Notes: generated from the sequence alone by a model not told the origin. A stretch of 64,000 bases of DNA from the human T2T-CHM13v2.0 reference genome, Homo sapiens (GCF_009914755.1 NC_060930.1); one strand, 5' to 3'; positions 33,520-48,931 are shown, numbered from the stretch's first letter. Numbers and translations: made by a program.

Positions 33520-34080
33520 GCAGGCAAGTCAGTTCATGAGTGTATGGACAGGGCACTACACTCAGAAGGGCTCTGAACCTGGGGTTTAATGCTCCTTGAT
33601 GACTGTCTGGATATTTTTAATACTTTAATCTTTGATTTTGTGTCTTGTAAAATCCAATGGGACAATGGCATGTGCTCCAGGGGCTTGGAGCCTTGGCTTT
33701 CCTTCAGTCCTGCCTTCCACTTCCTCCAGGAATGGGTTGTCTGCCACTCACTGCCCTGTTTCTGGGTGCCACAGGCCCTACCTGCTTGGCCTTCCTCTCC
33801 TTGAGTCCTGCTGTCTGTCTCCTTCCATGCCTGTCAGTGGCCTTTTGGCCCCAGGCTGCTGGTGCCACAGCAATTTGGTAGACAATTCTGCAGAGTCTCT
33901 TGCCATTTCCAACCCAGGAGCTAAGTGTGTGCAAGCAGGAAGTTTGCAATCCCTTGGTGTTGCCTGCCTGTCCTGGGTTGGTGCTGTGGGTCCATGGGAA
34001 GGGGAGACTGATTTTGTAATCTCCAACCTGAAATTTTCATTGTTCACCAGTTTCAGAAATGCCATAGCTGGCCTGAAACA
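33520..34080 (+). mobile_element. MER45-family hAT-Tip100 element
   Basis: cagggcactacactcagaagggctctgaacctggggtttaatgctc resembles the MER45 5' portion. Confidence 0.55.
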
Positions 34081-34391
34081 GCCTCAGGAAACCTCTGCAT
34101 TTTAGAGTGGCAGTGATGCAACAATGTGTCAGCAATAGCTCGACTGAGATTTTTCACTCTTCCTAGCATTGCATGGGAACAGAAGACTCATCCTTTTCAC
34201 CTCAAAGAAGTAAAGAAATGAGCAGAGAGAGAGCTGGAACTAGGGAGCCTTGGGTCAGAGATGACTTAGGCAGACCAAAGGCAAAATAGAAAGAGGGATG
34301 CCTCAGGGGATGCCAGCGTGGATAGATAGTGACCCAGACTAGGCGAACCCCACAAGTGTGTGCACGGTATAAATTCCATCTTGACAGATTA

Positions 34392-34760
<369 letters not shown>

Positions 34761-37700
34761 TAATTTCTTGCCTCCTTTTACATAGATTAAGGTTTGCAGC
34801 TGCCACGCTTGCCCACAAAATGGGAAGAGGAGTTTGCATGTGTTAACAGCATGCAAGAAAAGGAAACCTCTTATAGGCATGAGAGCTGGGAGAGATTGGT
34901 CAGACCTGGCAAGAAACCACTTTTCAGGGGACTTAAAAGAGAGCTCTAAAAGTCAGCCACAAAGGCCAAATTACCCTAGGGGTCAAGAAACATAAAGACT
35001 GAGGCTGGTCAGAGGAAGCCTACCAAAGAAGCAGTAAGTATGGATGCACAGCTTTCTTATAAGAGAGCTGTTTAAATTGCTCTTTAAAATATTTTGTTCT
35101 ATTACAGACATATGTTCCTTTTGTACTTTATCTGGGAGAAAACTTTCCTTAAAGCCACGTAGATAAACGGTTTGGAAAAAAAAAAAATGCTGGTTGCTAA
35201 GGGCAATGCCAGGACGCAGGGGAAAAACACTTGATGAAAATTAACAAGAACTGAGTCTCAGAAAGACTGAAAAGAGTGAAGTGACCAAGAAGCCTGATTT
35301 TTATTGGAGAAAATTTTGTTTGATTTTTTTCTTTTAATCAATATCTTCTAATTTTTTCTTTTTATTGACATCTTCTAATTTTTCTACAACAAACATGTTT
35401 TAGTCGTGCAATTTTTACAAGCAGAGAGACCTCTACAGTGCAAGGGGACTCATAGTGCTTGTGGTAAAGAGGCATTTATGATTCTAATCTCCCTTTCTCT
35501 GCATTTGAGAGAAGAGGAGGAAAGAAAGGAGGAAAAAAAAAAGAGAGACAAAAAAAACCATAGTTTCATTTTCTTCCCCATTAGCTGAATCCAGACATAA
35601 ATGAAAGAACAAATATTTCCAGTGAGGAACCAGGAAGAAAGCAGAGGCAGGGAGGTCCTAAAGGGGACCAGGTCTTTAGAGGCCCAAAGCCTACCCTTAG
35701 GAGTCCTCTCAAGGAGTTACTATAGACTCAATAACAGCCTACCTGCAGGATGAACCACAGCAGTTTACTGTGCTTTTGGGATTATACTGGTGGTGACAGG
35801 AGGTGGATTTTGTGTCCAGACTAATTCCATGCCAATACAAATTCTCATATAACCAAATATGTTCCAGATTGCAGTAAATAATACAAAGCTCAGATAAAAC
35901 AGAAACCACTGCATTGAAAGTGCGGGAATAGTTCCCTGGAGCTCCCTGGAACTGGATTTGACTTATGGAAGGTTTTAACTTCTCCATTGGGTGCCAAACC
36001 AGCCATAAGAGAGAATTCCTGATATGAATGCAATGCATACCTGTGATAGACCAAAACAGAATAAGCCATTCCAAAAGCCGAAGCACCCAAGGAAAACCAA
36101 AAGAGAGAAGAGAAATACAGACTCAGGAAAAAAAAAAAAAAAGGCACTTGATGACTGAGAGTAGATAACTGATTTGTTCTAAGGAATCAGGTAGGGTAAA
36201 AAGAGGTTCTTCAGAAGGGGGTCAAATCCTGACTCATTTGAGAGTGTACGCCCTGCTTGGCCAGGTGCCCTTCTGTATTGGGGTGGCCTCTATGCAAAAA
36301 GAACTGGATTCTGGCTCTCAGAAGCTCATGTTTCCTCTCTGTCAGGGATCTTGTTTAGCTCATGATGGAAATTTTGTCCTCATCAGCATCAGTTTTCAAA
36401 ATTCTACACACTGATACAAAATCAAGAGGGAGGGAAGAGTCCCTTTGGGATGTTTCATATCATGAATCATCAGTCCCTTCCTAACTTTCCTGGGAATTTC
36501 ATCCACATACAGAGGTCCCATTGACTTCTGTGGTTCTTGTCAAAGCCAAATTCAAGAATGGAAAAGATGAGCTGGAGTCAATTTCATGTTTTGGACTCAT
36601 CAGCTAAGTTCTGTTGCAGTCGGGGGTCAGAGCAGCTTAGCTTTAAAGAGGCAGAAATAAAAGAGCTTGCTATTCAAGTAGCTGGGGGTTTCTAGCCCTC
36701 TGATTGTAAATGGATTCAATGATTTATATGCAGATCATTGAGCAGGGGATGAATGAACAGCAGAGCTCTGCAGTGTCCTTTTTAAACATGCAGTTCAGCC
36801 TGTTTTGGTGGTAAATGTAAACATGTGCAACTAAAGGAAGTGCTGGTGTCAAAAAGCCTCGCCAATTTTATTTTATTTTAATTCTACAGCACACAAGGGA
36901 GGAACAGAGTTTAAGAAAGTTCACTCAAACCTGTGCAATCCAAATGCTTTCTAGAGACATAAAACATTGGGATTTTGAAAGACTTCTCTGACTTAAAGAT
37001 CCAATAAGAAAAGTTACAGTTTTTTACTCACTTAGGCTAAAGCCTCTCTATATAATATTGCTCACTCTTCCAGGAAGAGAATGGAGGAAAATTGACCATG
37101 TCATAGTTATTAGAAATTCGTTCCTTGGAGGCATGAGTTGTTCTGTGTTATCTGTAAATAAGTCATAAGACTTTGCTTCATTCACTCATTCATTCATGGA
37201 TTCACTTTGTTCATTCAAAGAACATCTATTAAGTCCCTTCCCTGTACCAGGCACTGTGCTAGGCACAGGACATAAAAAATTAAATAAGATGGATTCAGTT
37301 TCATGTAAGGTAGAGTAAATAATATCTCTCCCACCAAATGCAGCTATAAAACCTGGATACATTAAGCAGGTATTTAAATACCATGAGAAGTAAATATTAA
37401 CAGGTAGATTGACGAAAAGACCATAATTTGAAGTACCACTAAACTGATGGTGAGCTTATGATTTTTTTTCTTCTGGTACTCCCCGGCCTAGATTTAAGGC
37501 AGACTAAAACCTAGATGTGAGCATTGCCAAGAACAGAGAGAGAGCTGCAGGAAAACCTTTTAGTCCTGACATGAGGAGTGCAAAAGGAGTCTCCTAAATT
37601 TTCCATTTTCTTTTGTCCTTCTTTTTCTTTTTTCTAATCTTTCACATCACCCAGCCTGTGATGGCCCGTAGGCACCTAAAACTCAGGGAGAGGAACTTCC

Positions 37701-37789
37701 TTTCTGATTGGAAGAACTGTGGTTCCCAAAGGGTGGCGCAAATGCCTGTTGTTTTTTTCTCTATCCTCCCACCACTTGGCGCCTGTATT

Positions 37790-38200
37790 AAAGAGTCTGA
37801 TTCTATTTTTGATGTTTGACTGCTGACAGCTTTCAAACCTCACCACTCCCCCATACCCTTTGGCCCCACATCTGGGCAGGCTGATGTAAGAGCTCAGATG
37901 CTCCCTTGGCACTGGATGGAAGTTCAAACCATGTAAGCTCCAGCCCACATGCAGAAACTCTCACCCCAGCCTCACCCGCTAGCCATCATAAAAACAAGCC
38001 AGTACCCTTTGTTGGCTCTCTCAAGCCATTTTCAGATCAACTTGGGGACTCTTTCTGCTTTCCCCAGAAAGCTTCATCATGTGAGTGATAAGCCTCTTCT
38101 TCCCCTCTTGTTGCATGTGTGGCATCATTGATCTCAATATCCAAACTAAATTTTGTTTTGGGGAGGGGCCCATTTCATTTTGGTTGAGTGACCACAACAA
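37790..38200 (+). mobile_element. ERVL LTR (MER54/MER74-like)
   Basis: gtttgactgctgacagctttcaa...ccccacatctgggcaggctga...ggaagttcaaaccatgtaagc. Confidence 0.6.
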
Positions 38201-38349
38201 CCCCAGACAAGGGCCCAGTTATGGGAAATGCAGAGCAGATTAGGCTCAAAAAGGGACTTTTAGGCTTTAGGGAACCAGAATGTACCAGGGAGATCTCAGA
38301 GAGGAGAGAGCTGGGAAAGTGACCCCATGAAGTTGTTTTAAAAACTTGA

Positions 38350-38929
<580 letters not shown>

Positions 38930-38961
38930 CTATGGGAGAGACCATTACCCATGTGCCAGAC

Positions 38962-38978
38962 TGGCCACTAGGTGGCAT
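38962..38978 (+). promoter_or_regulatory. CTCF motif candidate
   Basis: TGGCCACTAGGTGGCAT matches the CTCF core consensus. Confidence 0.55.
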
Positions 38979-41357
38979 ATACATCAGCTGGATCTGCATT
39001 GCACTGCAAAGCCTTTGCAAACAGAACTGACATTGAAGCTGCAACCCACAGAAGGTTGGTCGGAACTTGGAGCTTGAAATCAACTGGTTTGACTGATGGC
39101 TAAAGCAAAAATGTCAACATTCCATCTGATTTAAATAACACCAAGAGTCTCACAAGCTAATATTCAAAATGTCCAGGATATGATCCAAAGTTATTCAGCA
39201 TACAAAGAACCAAGAAAATATCAATTTACATGTGTTAAAATTCACAAACTGTATACCAAAAAAGTCAGTTTTACTGTATGTTAATTTAAAAAATGATGCC
39301 ATTTCCTTGCAGTGAGTACACAATCTAGTTAGGGAGATAGAATCATAAATGAATAACGACATGATGTTAAATACCCTATGATGATTTAAAACAAAAACAT
39401 GGATAGGATAATGCGGGAGCACAGAGGGATACCTAGCCCAGTCTGGGGAGTGGAGATCAGGAGGTTGAGATTAGTTTTCAAGAAGAACAGATGTTTTAAT
39501 TGATTCTGAAAGAACAAGTAGAAGAAGCTAGGTAAAGTGGCAGAAGGTATTCACTCCTAAATAAGGGGCAGTCTGAGCAAAGATATCAAGAAAAGTAGAG
39601 GTGGGAAGTATAAACGGTTCTATTTTATTGGGGTATTAGCTGACAGGCAGAGAGTGGCAGAAAAGATGGTGGATTTCCCAGGACCAGGTCATGGAAGGCT
39701 TCAAATACCATCTTATACCACATTTAACCCTATTAGAAATCCTATTGGGAATAAATTCTTAGTTTTGTCAACATTAACACGATGGTCACAGCAAAATCAT
39801 GGCATCCCTGTGGGCCTTGATCTCTTGTGGCAGAAACTATTGGTATACACCAGGGTCTGTTTGGTCTTCCCTGTTTTGCAGCTTCCCTTGCAATGAGGTT
39901 GGCTGTGTGATCAATCCTGCTTATGGATGTGAGGGAAAGTGCTGCATGCCATGCTCTGGGTTTGGATGTTAAGTATCCAGGGTGCCTTTCCAAAAATCTG
40001 TTTCCCTTTCACATTGACCTTAGAGGCCATGTGTTGAAGAGCCATCAGACAAGATGGAAGGAACCTGGATCACTGAGTCATCACTTGACTGACCAGGAAC
40101 ATCTATGTGCAATTGCACAAGTGAGCAATAAACTATCCTCCTGTTAAACCACTGAGATTTCATACTTTGTTTTTTAATACATTATAGCCCAGCTTATTTG
40201 ACTAACAGTTTCTCCATCTCTTTATCAAGAGCATGAATAGCCTTCCTCCAAAGTCTTTCCCAGCTCCATAAATCCAACTTATTCTAAGGAGGCCCTCTCC
40301 AGTCAGCTGGCTCCTTCCTGGTGCCTTGCTCAGGCTTCTTGGGATCTGTCCTGCCTATGTTCTTCCTCTCCAGGATAGTTCTATATCTTACCTTGGAGAA
40401 GGATCATGACACCAGAGGCACTCAGGATTGGATAGATCCTCAAAGCTCACCTAGTCTACCTTACTTTGTAGTGCCTGAGTCACCTCTGCAACATCCCTGC
40501 CAAGTGGTGGTCCAGGGTCTGGTTATTGAAAACCTCCAGTACCCGGAAACTCATTGCTTCGCCATATAAAAGTTCCTTCTTTCTCTACATTCTAAAAAGC
40601 ACACTGCACTGCCCATAATGACTAACCCCCGTGGACTGCACCTAAGTTCTCCCTATTTTATTTTTTAAATGAATAAGTAGGGACTCCATTTAAATGAATG
40701 AATAGTAATTGCACTTGAGATATCTGAGCCTTTTTCTGACCTCTTCCTATTATGGTGACATTTTTTTTTCTTTACACAATGGCTGTGTCTTTGATGAATT
40801 TGTGTAGCCTGTATATGAGTTCAGAAATTATCCTTATGTCCATCAACTCCATGTGCCCTCTAGCAGAGAGCCCTTTCTTTGAGAAGATCTTGTCTGTAAT
40901 GTCAAGGACAAAGTCTGATAATAAGTCATAGCTGTCCTGCAGTTCAAATCTTTGGAATCTTTAAGTCTCTATATGTCCACAGGGAATCTCTAAAACCACA
41001 AACATCTTTAAAAGGTCAATACAATGAAAGAAGAAAACAAAAATGAATATCCTTATCTGGCTGGAAAGTTTTAACGTGAAAGCTTTTTGTAGTGAGGGAC
41101 TCTCTGATATAGAGGCTATTCAGTTCATAATGCTGGATAATCAAACCCAAAACTACAAAAGGAAAAATTGACCAATTTGACACATCAAAATTTCAAATTT
41201 TACCTTGCAAAAGACTGCTGAGAGCATGAAAATACAGACTGGAAGAAAACATTTGCAAACCACATATGACAAAGGACTAGTGTTTAGAATATATAAAGAA
41301 CTCCCAAAACTAAACAGTAAGAGAAAAAATTCCAGTTAGAAAATGGGCAAAAGACAT

Positions 41358-43953
41358 TAATATAGTTTGGATATTTTCTTCCACGCAAATCCCATGTTGA
41401 AATGTAATTCCCAATGCTGGAAGTGGGGTCTGGTAGGAGGTGTTTGGGTCATGGGGGCACATCCCTCATGGCTTGGTGCTGTCTTCATGACAGTAAGTTC
41501 CCATGAGATCTGGTCATTTAAAAGGTATGTTGCACCTCCCCCACCTTGCTCCTGCTTTTGCCATGTGAAGCGGCTGCTCCTGCTTTGCCTTCCACCATGA
41601 ATGTAAGCTTCCTGAGGCCTCGCTAGAAGCTGATGCCAGAGCTATGCTTCCTGTACAGCCTGTAGAACCGTGAGCCAATTAAACCTCTAAATTACCCAGT
41701 CTCAGGTATTTCTTTCTTTTTTTTTTTTTTTAATTTTCATTTTTATTTTTATTGATCATTCTTGGGTGTTTCTCACAGAGGGGGATTTGGCAGGGTCATA
41801 GGACTATAGTGGAGGGAAGGTCAGCAGATAAACAAGTGAACAAAGGTCTCTGGTTTTCCTAGGCAGAGGACCCTGAGGCCTTCCGCAGTGTTTGTGTCCC
41901 TGGGTACTTGAGATTAGGGAGTGGTGATGACTCTTAACGAGCATGCTGCCTTCAAGCATCTGTTTAACAAAGCACATCTTGCACCGCCCTTAATCCATTT
42001 AACCCTGAGTGGACACAGCACATGTTTCAGAGAGCACAGGGTTGGGGGGTAAGGTCACAGATCAACAGGATAAGAATTTTTCTTAGTACAGAACAAAGTG
42101 AAAAGTCTCCCATGTCTACTTCTTTCCACACAGACACCGCAACCATCCGATTTCTCAATCTTTTCCCCACCTTTCCGCCCTTTCTATTCCACAAAACCGC
42201 CATTGTCATCATGGCCCGTTCTCAATGAGCTGTTGGGTACACCTCCCAGACGGGGTGGTGGCCGGGCAGAGGCGCTCCTCACTTCCCAGTAGGGGCGGCC
42301 GGGCAGAGGCGCCCCTCACATCCCGGACGGGACGGCTGGCCGGGCAGGGGGCTGACCCCCCCCACCTCCCTCCCGGACGGGGCGGCTGGCCGGGCGGGGG
42401 GCTGACCCCCCCACCTCCCTCCCGGACGGGGCGGCTGGCCGGGCGGGGGGGCTGACCCCCTCACCTCCCTCCCGGATGGGGCGGCTGGCGGGGCAGGGGG
42501 CTGACCCCCCCCACCTCCCTCCCGGACGGGGTGGCTGGCCGGGCAGAGGGGCTCCTCACTTCCCAGTAGGGGCGGCCGGGCAGAGGCGCCCCTCACCTCC
42601 CGGACGAGGCGGCTGGCCGGGCGGGGGGCTGACCCCCCCACTTCCCTCCCGGACGGGGCGGCTGGCCGGGCAGAGGGGCTCCTCACTTCCCAGTAGGGGC
42701 GGCCGGGCAGAGGCGCCCCTCACCTCCCGGACGGGGCGGCTGGCCTGGCGGGGGGCTGACCCCCACCTCCCTCCCGGACGGGGCAGCTGGCCTGGCGGGG
42801 GCTGACCCCCACCTCCCTCCCGGACAGGGCGGCTGCCGGGCGGAGACGCTCCTCACTTCCTAGACGGGGTGGCTGCCGGGCAGAGGGGCTCCTCACTTCT
42901 CAGACAGGGCGGTTGCCGGGCGGAGGGTCTCCTCCCTTCTCAGATGGGGCGGCTGGGCAGAGACGCTCCTCACCTCCCAGACGGGGTCGCGGCCAGGCAG
43001 AGGCGCTCCTCACATCCCAGACGGGGCGGCGGGGCAAAGGCGCTCCCCACATCTCAGAGGATGGGCGGCCGGGCAGAGACGCTCCTCACTTCCTAGATGG
43101 GATGGCGGCCGAGAAGAGGCGCTCCTCACTTCCTAGATGGGATGGCGGCCGGGCAGAGACGCTCCTCACTTTCCAGACTGGGCAGCCAGGCAGAGGGGCT
43201 CCTCACATCCCAGACGATGGGTGGCCAGGCAGAGACGCTCCTCACTTCCTAGACGGGGTGGCGGCCGGGCAGAGGCTGCACTCTGGGCACTTTGGGAGGC
43301 CAAGGCAGGCGGCTGGGAGGTGGAGGTTGTAGCGAGCCGAGATCACGCCACTGCACTCCAGCCTGGGCACCATTGAGCACTGAGTGAACCAGACACCATC
43401 TGCAATCCCGGCACCTCCGGAGGCCAAGGCTGGCGGATCACTCGCGGTTAGGAGCTGGAGACCAGCCCGGCCAACACAGCAAAACCCCGTCTCCACCAAA
43501 AAAATACGAAAACCAGTCAGGCGTGGCGGCGTGCGCCTGCAATCGCAGGCACTCGGCAGGCTGAGGCAGGAGAATCAGGCAGGGAGGTTGCAGTGAGCCG
43601 AGATGGCAGCAGTACAGGCCAGCTTCGGCTCGGCATCAGAGGGAGACCGTGGAAAGAGACGGAGAGGGAGACCGTGGGGAGAGGGAGACCATGGGGAGGG
43701 GGAGAGGGAGACGGAGACCGTGGGGAGAGGGAGACCATGGGGAGAGGGAGAGGGAGAGGGAGAGGGAGAGGGAGAGGGAGACTGAGACAGAGTCTTGCTC
43801 TGTTGCCCAGGATGGAGTGCAGTGGCGCGATTTTGGCTCACTGTAACCTCTGCCCCACCCCGGTTCAAGCGATTCTCCTGCCTCAACCTCCCGAATAGCT
43901 GGGACTACAGGCTCAGGTATTTCTTTAAAGCAATGCAAGAACGGCCTAATGCA
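41358..43953 (+). mobile_element. MSTB-type MaLR LTR split by SVA
   Basis: taatatagtttggat...ctcaggtatttcttt[SVA]...aaagcaatgcaagaacggcctaatgca; 5-bp TSD gacat at 41353 and 43954. Confidence 0.88.
41716..43911 (-). mobile_element. full-length SVA retrotransposon (SVA_D-like) with an extra 5' Alu arm
   Basis: Poly(T) 41716-41731, SINE-R ~41745-42240, GC-rich VNTR ~42240-43275, Alu-like domain ~43280-43645, (CCCTCT)n ~43740-43780; 15-bp TSD ctcaggtatttcttt at 41701-41715 and 43912-43926. Confidence 0.97.
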
Positions 43954-44045
43954 GACATAAAGAGACATTTCACCTAATAGTGGCAAATAAGCCCATGAAA
44001 ATCTCATCGTTAGCCATTAGAGAAATGCAAATTAAAACCGCGATG

Positions 44046-44734
44046 AAGTCTCCTCATAGTGCAGCTGCCATTACCGCTGCCCTCTGCCCTCCGGCCTGTC
44101 AATCTACCTGCAGCATGAGCAGCCTGCACCTCTACAGCACATCGGTCACTGGCTCCCACAAAATCAAGTCCCAGCAGAGTGAGGTGACCTGAATCCTGGA
44201 TAGGAAGCGCATCTAATACCAACTAGTGGACATCTCCCAGGACAACGCCCTGAGGGATGAGATGCGAGTCTTGGTGGGCAACTCCAAGGCTGCCCCACCC
44301 CGGATTGTCAATGGGGACCACTACCGTGGAGGCTTTGAGCTCTTCATGGAGGCTGTGGAACAAAACATGCTGCAGGAGTTCCTGAAACCGGCCTGAGTCA
44401 AGCTGGCCCACAGTTCCCCTGCTGGACTCCATCACCACACTCTACTTACAGCTCTCACCTGGCCAAGAAAGACCTTGTGACCAACTCCCTGTCATTCCTA
44501 ACTTGACCTTAGAGTCCCTCTCCACAACACAAACCACTTCTCCCCCTTTCTAAATGTAGTCTCCTCTTCTCTATTCAAAGGCAACATTCCTTACCCACTA
44601 GTCTCAGAAATTGTCTTAAGCGACAGCTCCAAATGCTGGCATCTCTGTTGCTTCCATCGGCCAGAGCTTTGCCAAAGGCCCCACAATCCCTCTCCAGGAG
44701 GACCCTAAGGACAATTAAATGTGCTGTTCCATTG

Positions 44735-44768
<34 letters not shown>

Positions 44769-44776
44769 CAAAAGAG
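44046..44776 (+). pseudogene. SH3BGRL3 processed pseudogene
   Basis: Intronless 44115-44396 reads MSSLHLYSTSVTGSHKIKSQQSEVT*ILDRKRI*YQLVDISQDNALRDEMRVLVGNSKAAPPRIVNGDHYRGGFELFMEAVEQNMLQEFLKPA*, colinear with the 93-aa SH3BGRL3; two nonsense codons; ATTAAA 44714; A/(CA)n tail; TSD aaaacc(gc/at)gatg at 44034 and 44777. Confidence 0.95.
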
Positions 44777-45575
44777 AAAACCATGATGCAATATCACTAC
44801 ACACCTAGCAGAAGGGCTAACGTATAAAATAGTGACACCACCAAATCTGGCAAGAATGTGGAGAAACTGGATCACTCATTCATTGCTAGTAGGAATATAA
44901 AATGGTACAGCTTACTCTGGAAAACAGTTTGGCAGTGTCTTAAAAAACTAAATATGTACGTGTTATATAATTCCACTCAGAGACATTTATCTCAGGGAAA
45001 TAAAAATGTATCTTCACAAAAATGATCTGTATACAAATGTTTATAGCAGGTTTATTCTTAATAGCCCAAACCTGGAAACAATTCAGATGGTTAAACAAAC
45101 TGTGGCATATCCATACCGTGGAATACTGGTTAGCAATAAAAAGGAATGAACTACTGATACGTGCAACGACCTGGATGAATCTCCAGAAAATTATGCTGAG
45201 TGAACAAAGCTAATCCCTAAAGGTTGCTCATGGTATGATTATATTTATATAACATTCTTGAAATGACAAAATTATAGAAATGGAGAACAGATGAGAGCTT
45301 ACCAGAGGATAAAGAGAAAGTTGCAGTGGGTGGGGAAGTGGGTGTGGTTATAAAAGACCCACGGGAGGAAAGGATATTTGTGGTGATGAAAATGTTCTGT
45401 ATCTTGACGGTATCAAAGTCAATGTCCTGTTTGTGATATTGTATTATTAGAATTTTGGAAGATATTAACATTGGGGGAAACACCATTGAGGGAAACTGTT
45501 TGTGTTATTTCTTACAACTGCATGTAATTCTGCAACTATCTCAATATAAAAAAATTAATTTTAAAAACACTCCCC

Positions 45576-45878
<303 letters not shown>

Positions 45879-46065
45879 ACACTTCTCATACCTAGGTTGC
45901 AGCCCATAGCAATTAAATTACAATGTCGGGAGAAGGAGCCAGACATCAGTATTTTTAAAAGATGTCCAGGTGATCCAACAGGCAGCAAATTTGGGAACCA
46001 CTGAATTAAGCATCTCAGAAGCCTCTGAGATGTTTAAGAAGAGAAGGAAACAAAAGTTTTCCTAA

Positions 46066-46571
<506 letters not shown>

Positions 46572-46638
46572 CCAAAAATGTCTTAAAAAGCCATTTCATG
46601 AATAATGCAATTCCTTCCCCTTCATCTTCATCCCAATA

Positions 46639-46979
46639 CAGTAGATTTATAGTTTCACTTTCTGCGGTTTTAGCCAATGGTTGTCCAAAAATATTAAATG
46701 GAAAAATTCCAGAAATAATTAATAAGTTTTAAATTGTGCACCATTCTGAGTAGCATGATAAAATCTCACACCAACTGCTCCAGCCCACTTGAGATGAAAA
46801 TCATCCCTTTGTCCAGCATATCCATGCTGTCTATGCTACCTTTTGTTTAGTCACTTAGTAGCCCTCTTGGTTATCAGATCAAAAAAACATAGTAGACTGT
46901 AATACGGTTCAGTACTATTCAGTTTCAGGCATCCACCAGGGGTCCTGGAATGTACTCTCCATGGATAAGAGGGCTACTG
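46639..46979 (+). mobile_element. MER44-type (Tigger7-derived) TcMar MITE
   Basis: cagtag...ctactg termini with TA TSDs; internal ttaaattgtgcaccattctgagtagcatgataaaatctc. Confidence 0.8.
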
Positions 46980-47084
46980 TAATCTTTATGAAATGAACCC
47001 TGAGAGGAGAGCTATAAAAATGCTCCTAGGTGTTCCACAGTCTGCGTAAGGTGTTACAGGTGTGTTGTTCTGTTTCAAAAGTAA

Positions 47085-47458
<374 letters not shown>

Positions 47459-48788
47459 TTTCTATGAAATTTCTTAGAGATCCCGCTTAAACTTGTTATA
47501 ACGAGCAGCCCTCTTAGAACAAACTATAAAAGAAAGGAGGGAGAAAGGGACTGAACCGTTTCTCTCATTAAACTTGTACCCAATTTGACCTTAACAGTGA
47601 GCGTGTCCCATTGCATTGTTGAGAGGATTTTAGAAGGTTCCTGAGTTGCATATTTTCAAGTATTATCATGCCCTATTTTTCAGTCTAAGCCTTCTCTTGG
47701 GACTTTTTCTTTTAAATTAAAAACATTGTTTAAAATGTGTTATCAGAGTAACATTAATGTAATGAGAAGAGGCAACCTTATCAGATAAGATAATCTGTTT
47801 TTCCTGAAGGATGCCATTTTCATTGCATTAGGTTGTTTGCTCACAGAGACCTGTAGACACATAGATTAGCCCTGCACATCAAGTCTTCTTTCTCACCAAG
47901 CCAATTTCCTGTTTGATTTTTACACTCCAAGAATCACAAGTACAGTAGCAGCTCCATGGGGACAAACAGAATAGGAAAGATTGAGTTATCTTTAATATTT
48001 GTTTTTGTTTTTTATTTCCAAGAAAATCTCTTTTAGAAAAGATGAAGTTGTCTTGTCCATATATGCCAGTGAATGCATGTAAATCCATTTACCATAGAGA
48101 AGAACACAGTTCTTTTACTGTTAAAGCCAAATAGAAGAGTCAGTAGTCATGTCATCCAAGACAGAGGCTCTTCTGGCCTTCAATGTACAGAGACATGTTG
48201 CATTAAATTCAGTTAAGGGCAACCAATGAAAAACAAGCTACACACAAAGATTACCTCTCACCCCATCATGCAAAGTTTCCATTCAGCAACATCTGGAGAC
48301 TGCACAGCCCATTTGATTTAAATAGAAGACTCAGAGGCAGAAACCATATTCAGCCCAGATTCTTTGTGAACATAGCTTGTTGCTGAACCAATTCACTCTG
48401 CTTCTAATTCACAAATCTTCAGCCCTAAGCGGCATCATTTGGTTCTTATGAGGCACAGAGCCCTTTCCCCACCCAGGGCCTTTGCTTGGTCCATTCTCGC
48501 TGCCCGCATTGTGGCTCCCCTGGCTCTTGGCCTGCTGGCTCCCTCTCAGACTTCAGGTTTCAATTAAAATAACAGCCCTTCCCACTCTCCTTACTTCAGA
48601 GTTAGTCTCTGACATGGCAGTCTGTTGATTTCTAAGTCCTATTCCAGGGCTTGACATCTCATAGTTGCTTGTTGAATTAATAAATGTTAACTCCAAAAAA
48701 TAATAATAAATGCTTTCTCCAGTTAAAAAAGTAGATATTACACCGTTTTTTAACAGAATAGTAGTGACAAATAACAATTGATCGCCTT

Positions 48789-48931
48789 AGCTGGGTGTGG
48801 CAGTTACAGCTACTTGGGAGGCTAAGATGAGAGGATCACTTGAGCCCAGGAATTTGAGGCCACAGTGAATTATAATCTTGCCACTGCATTCCAGCCTGGG
48901 CAACAGCGTGAGATCCTGTCTCTTAAAAAAA
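48789..48931 (+). mobile_element. Alu right monomer (FRAM/AluJ)
   Basis: gaggatcacttgagcccaggaatttgaggccacagtga...cagcctgggcaacag. Confidence 0.8.

Larger units (their letters stand above)
41080..45565 (+). mobile_element. old L1M 3' fragment hosting MSTB (+SVA) and the SH3BGRL3 retrocopy
   Basis: L1 sequence reads colinearly across the inserts: ...aaatgggcaaaagacat[MSTB]aaagagacatttcacc...gaaatgcaaattaaaacc[retrocopy]...atatcactacacacc... Confidence 0.8.

Noticed and set aside
35739-36086. 115-aa minus-strand ORF with splice-like ends
   Set aside because: No recognisable homology; the cag|gtatgc site reads equally as donor or acceptor
42225-44007. Cluster of long GC-rich ORFs (100-139 aa)
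   Set aside because: Translations of the SVA VNTR, Alu-like and hexamer domains
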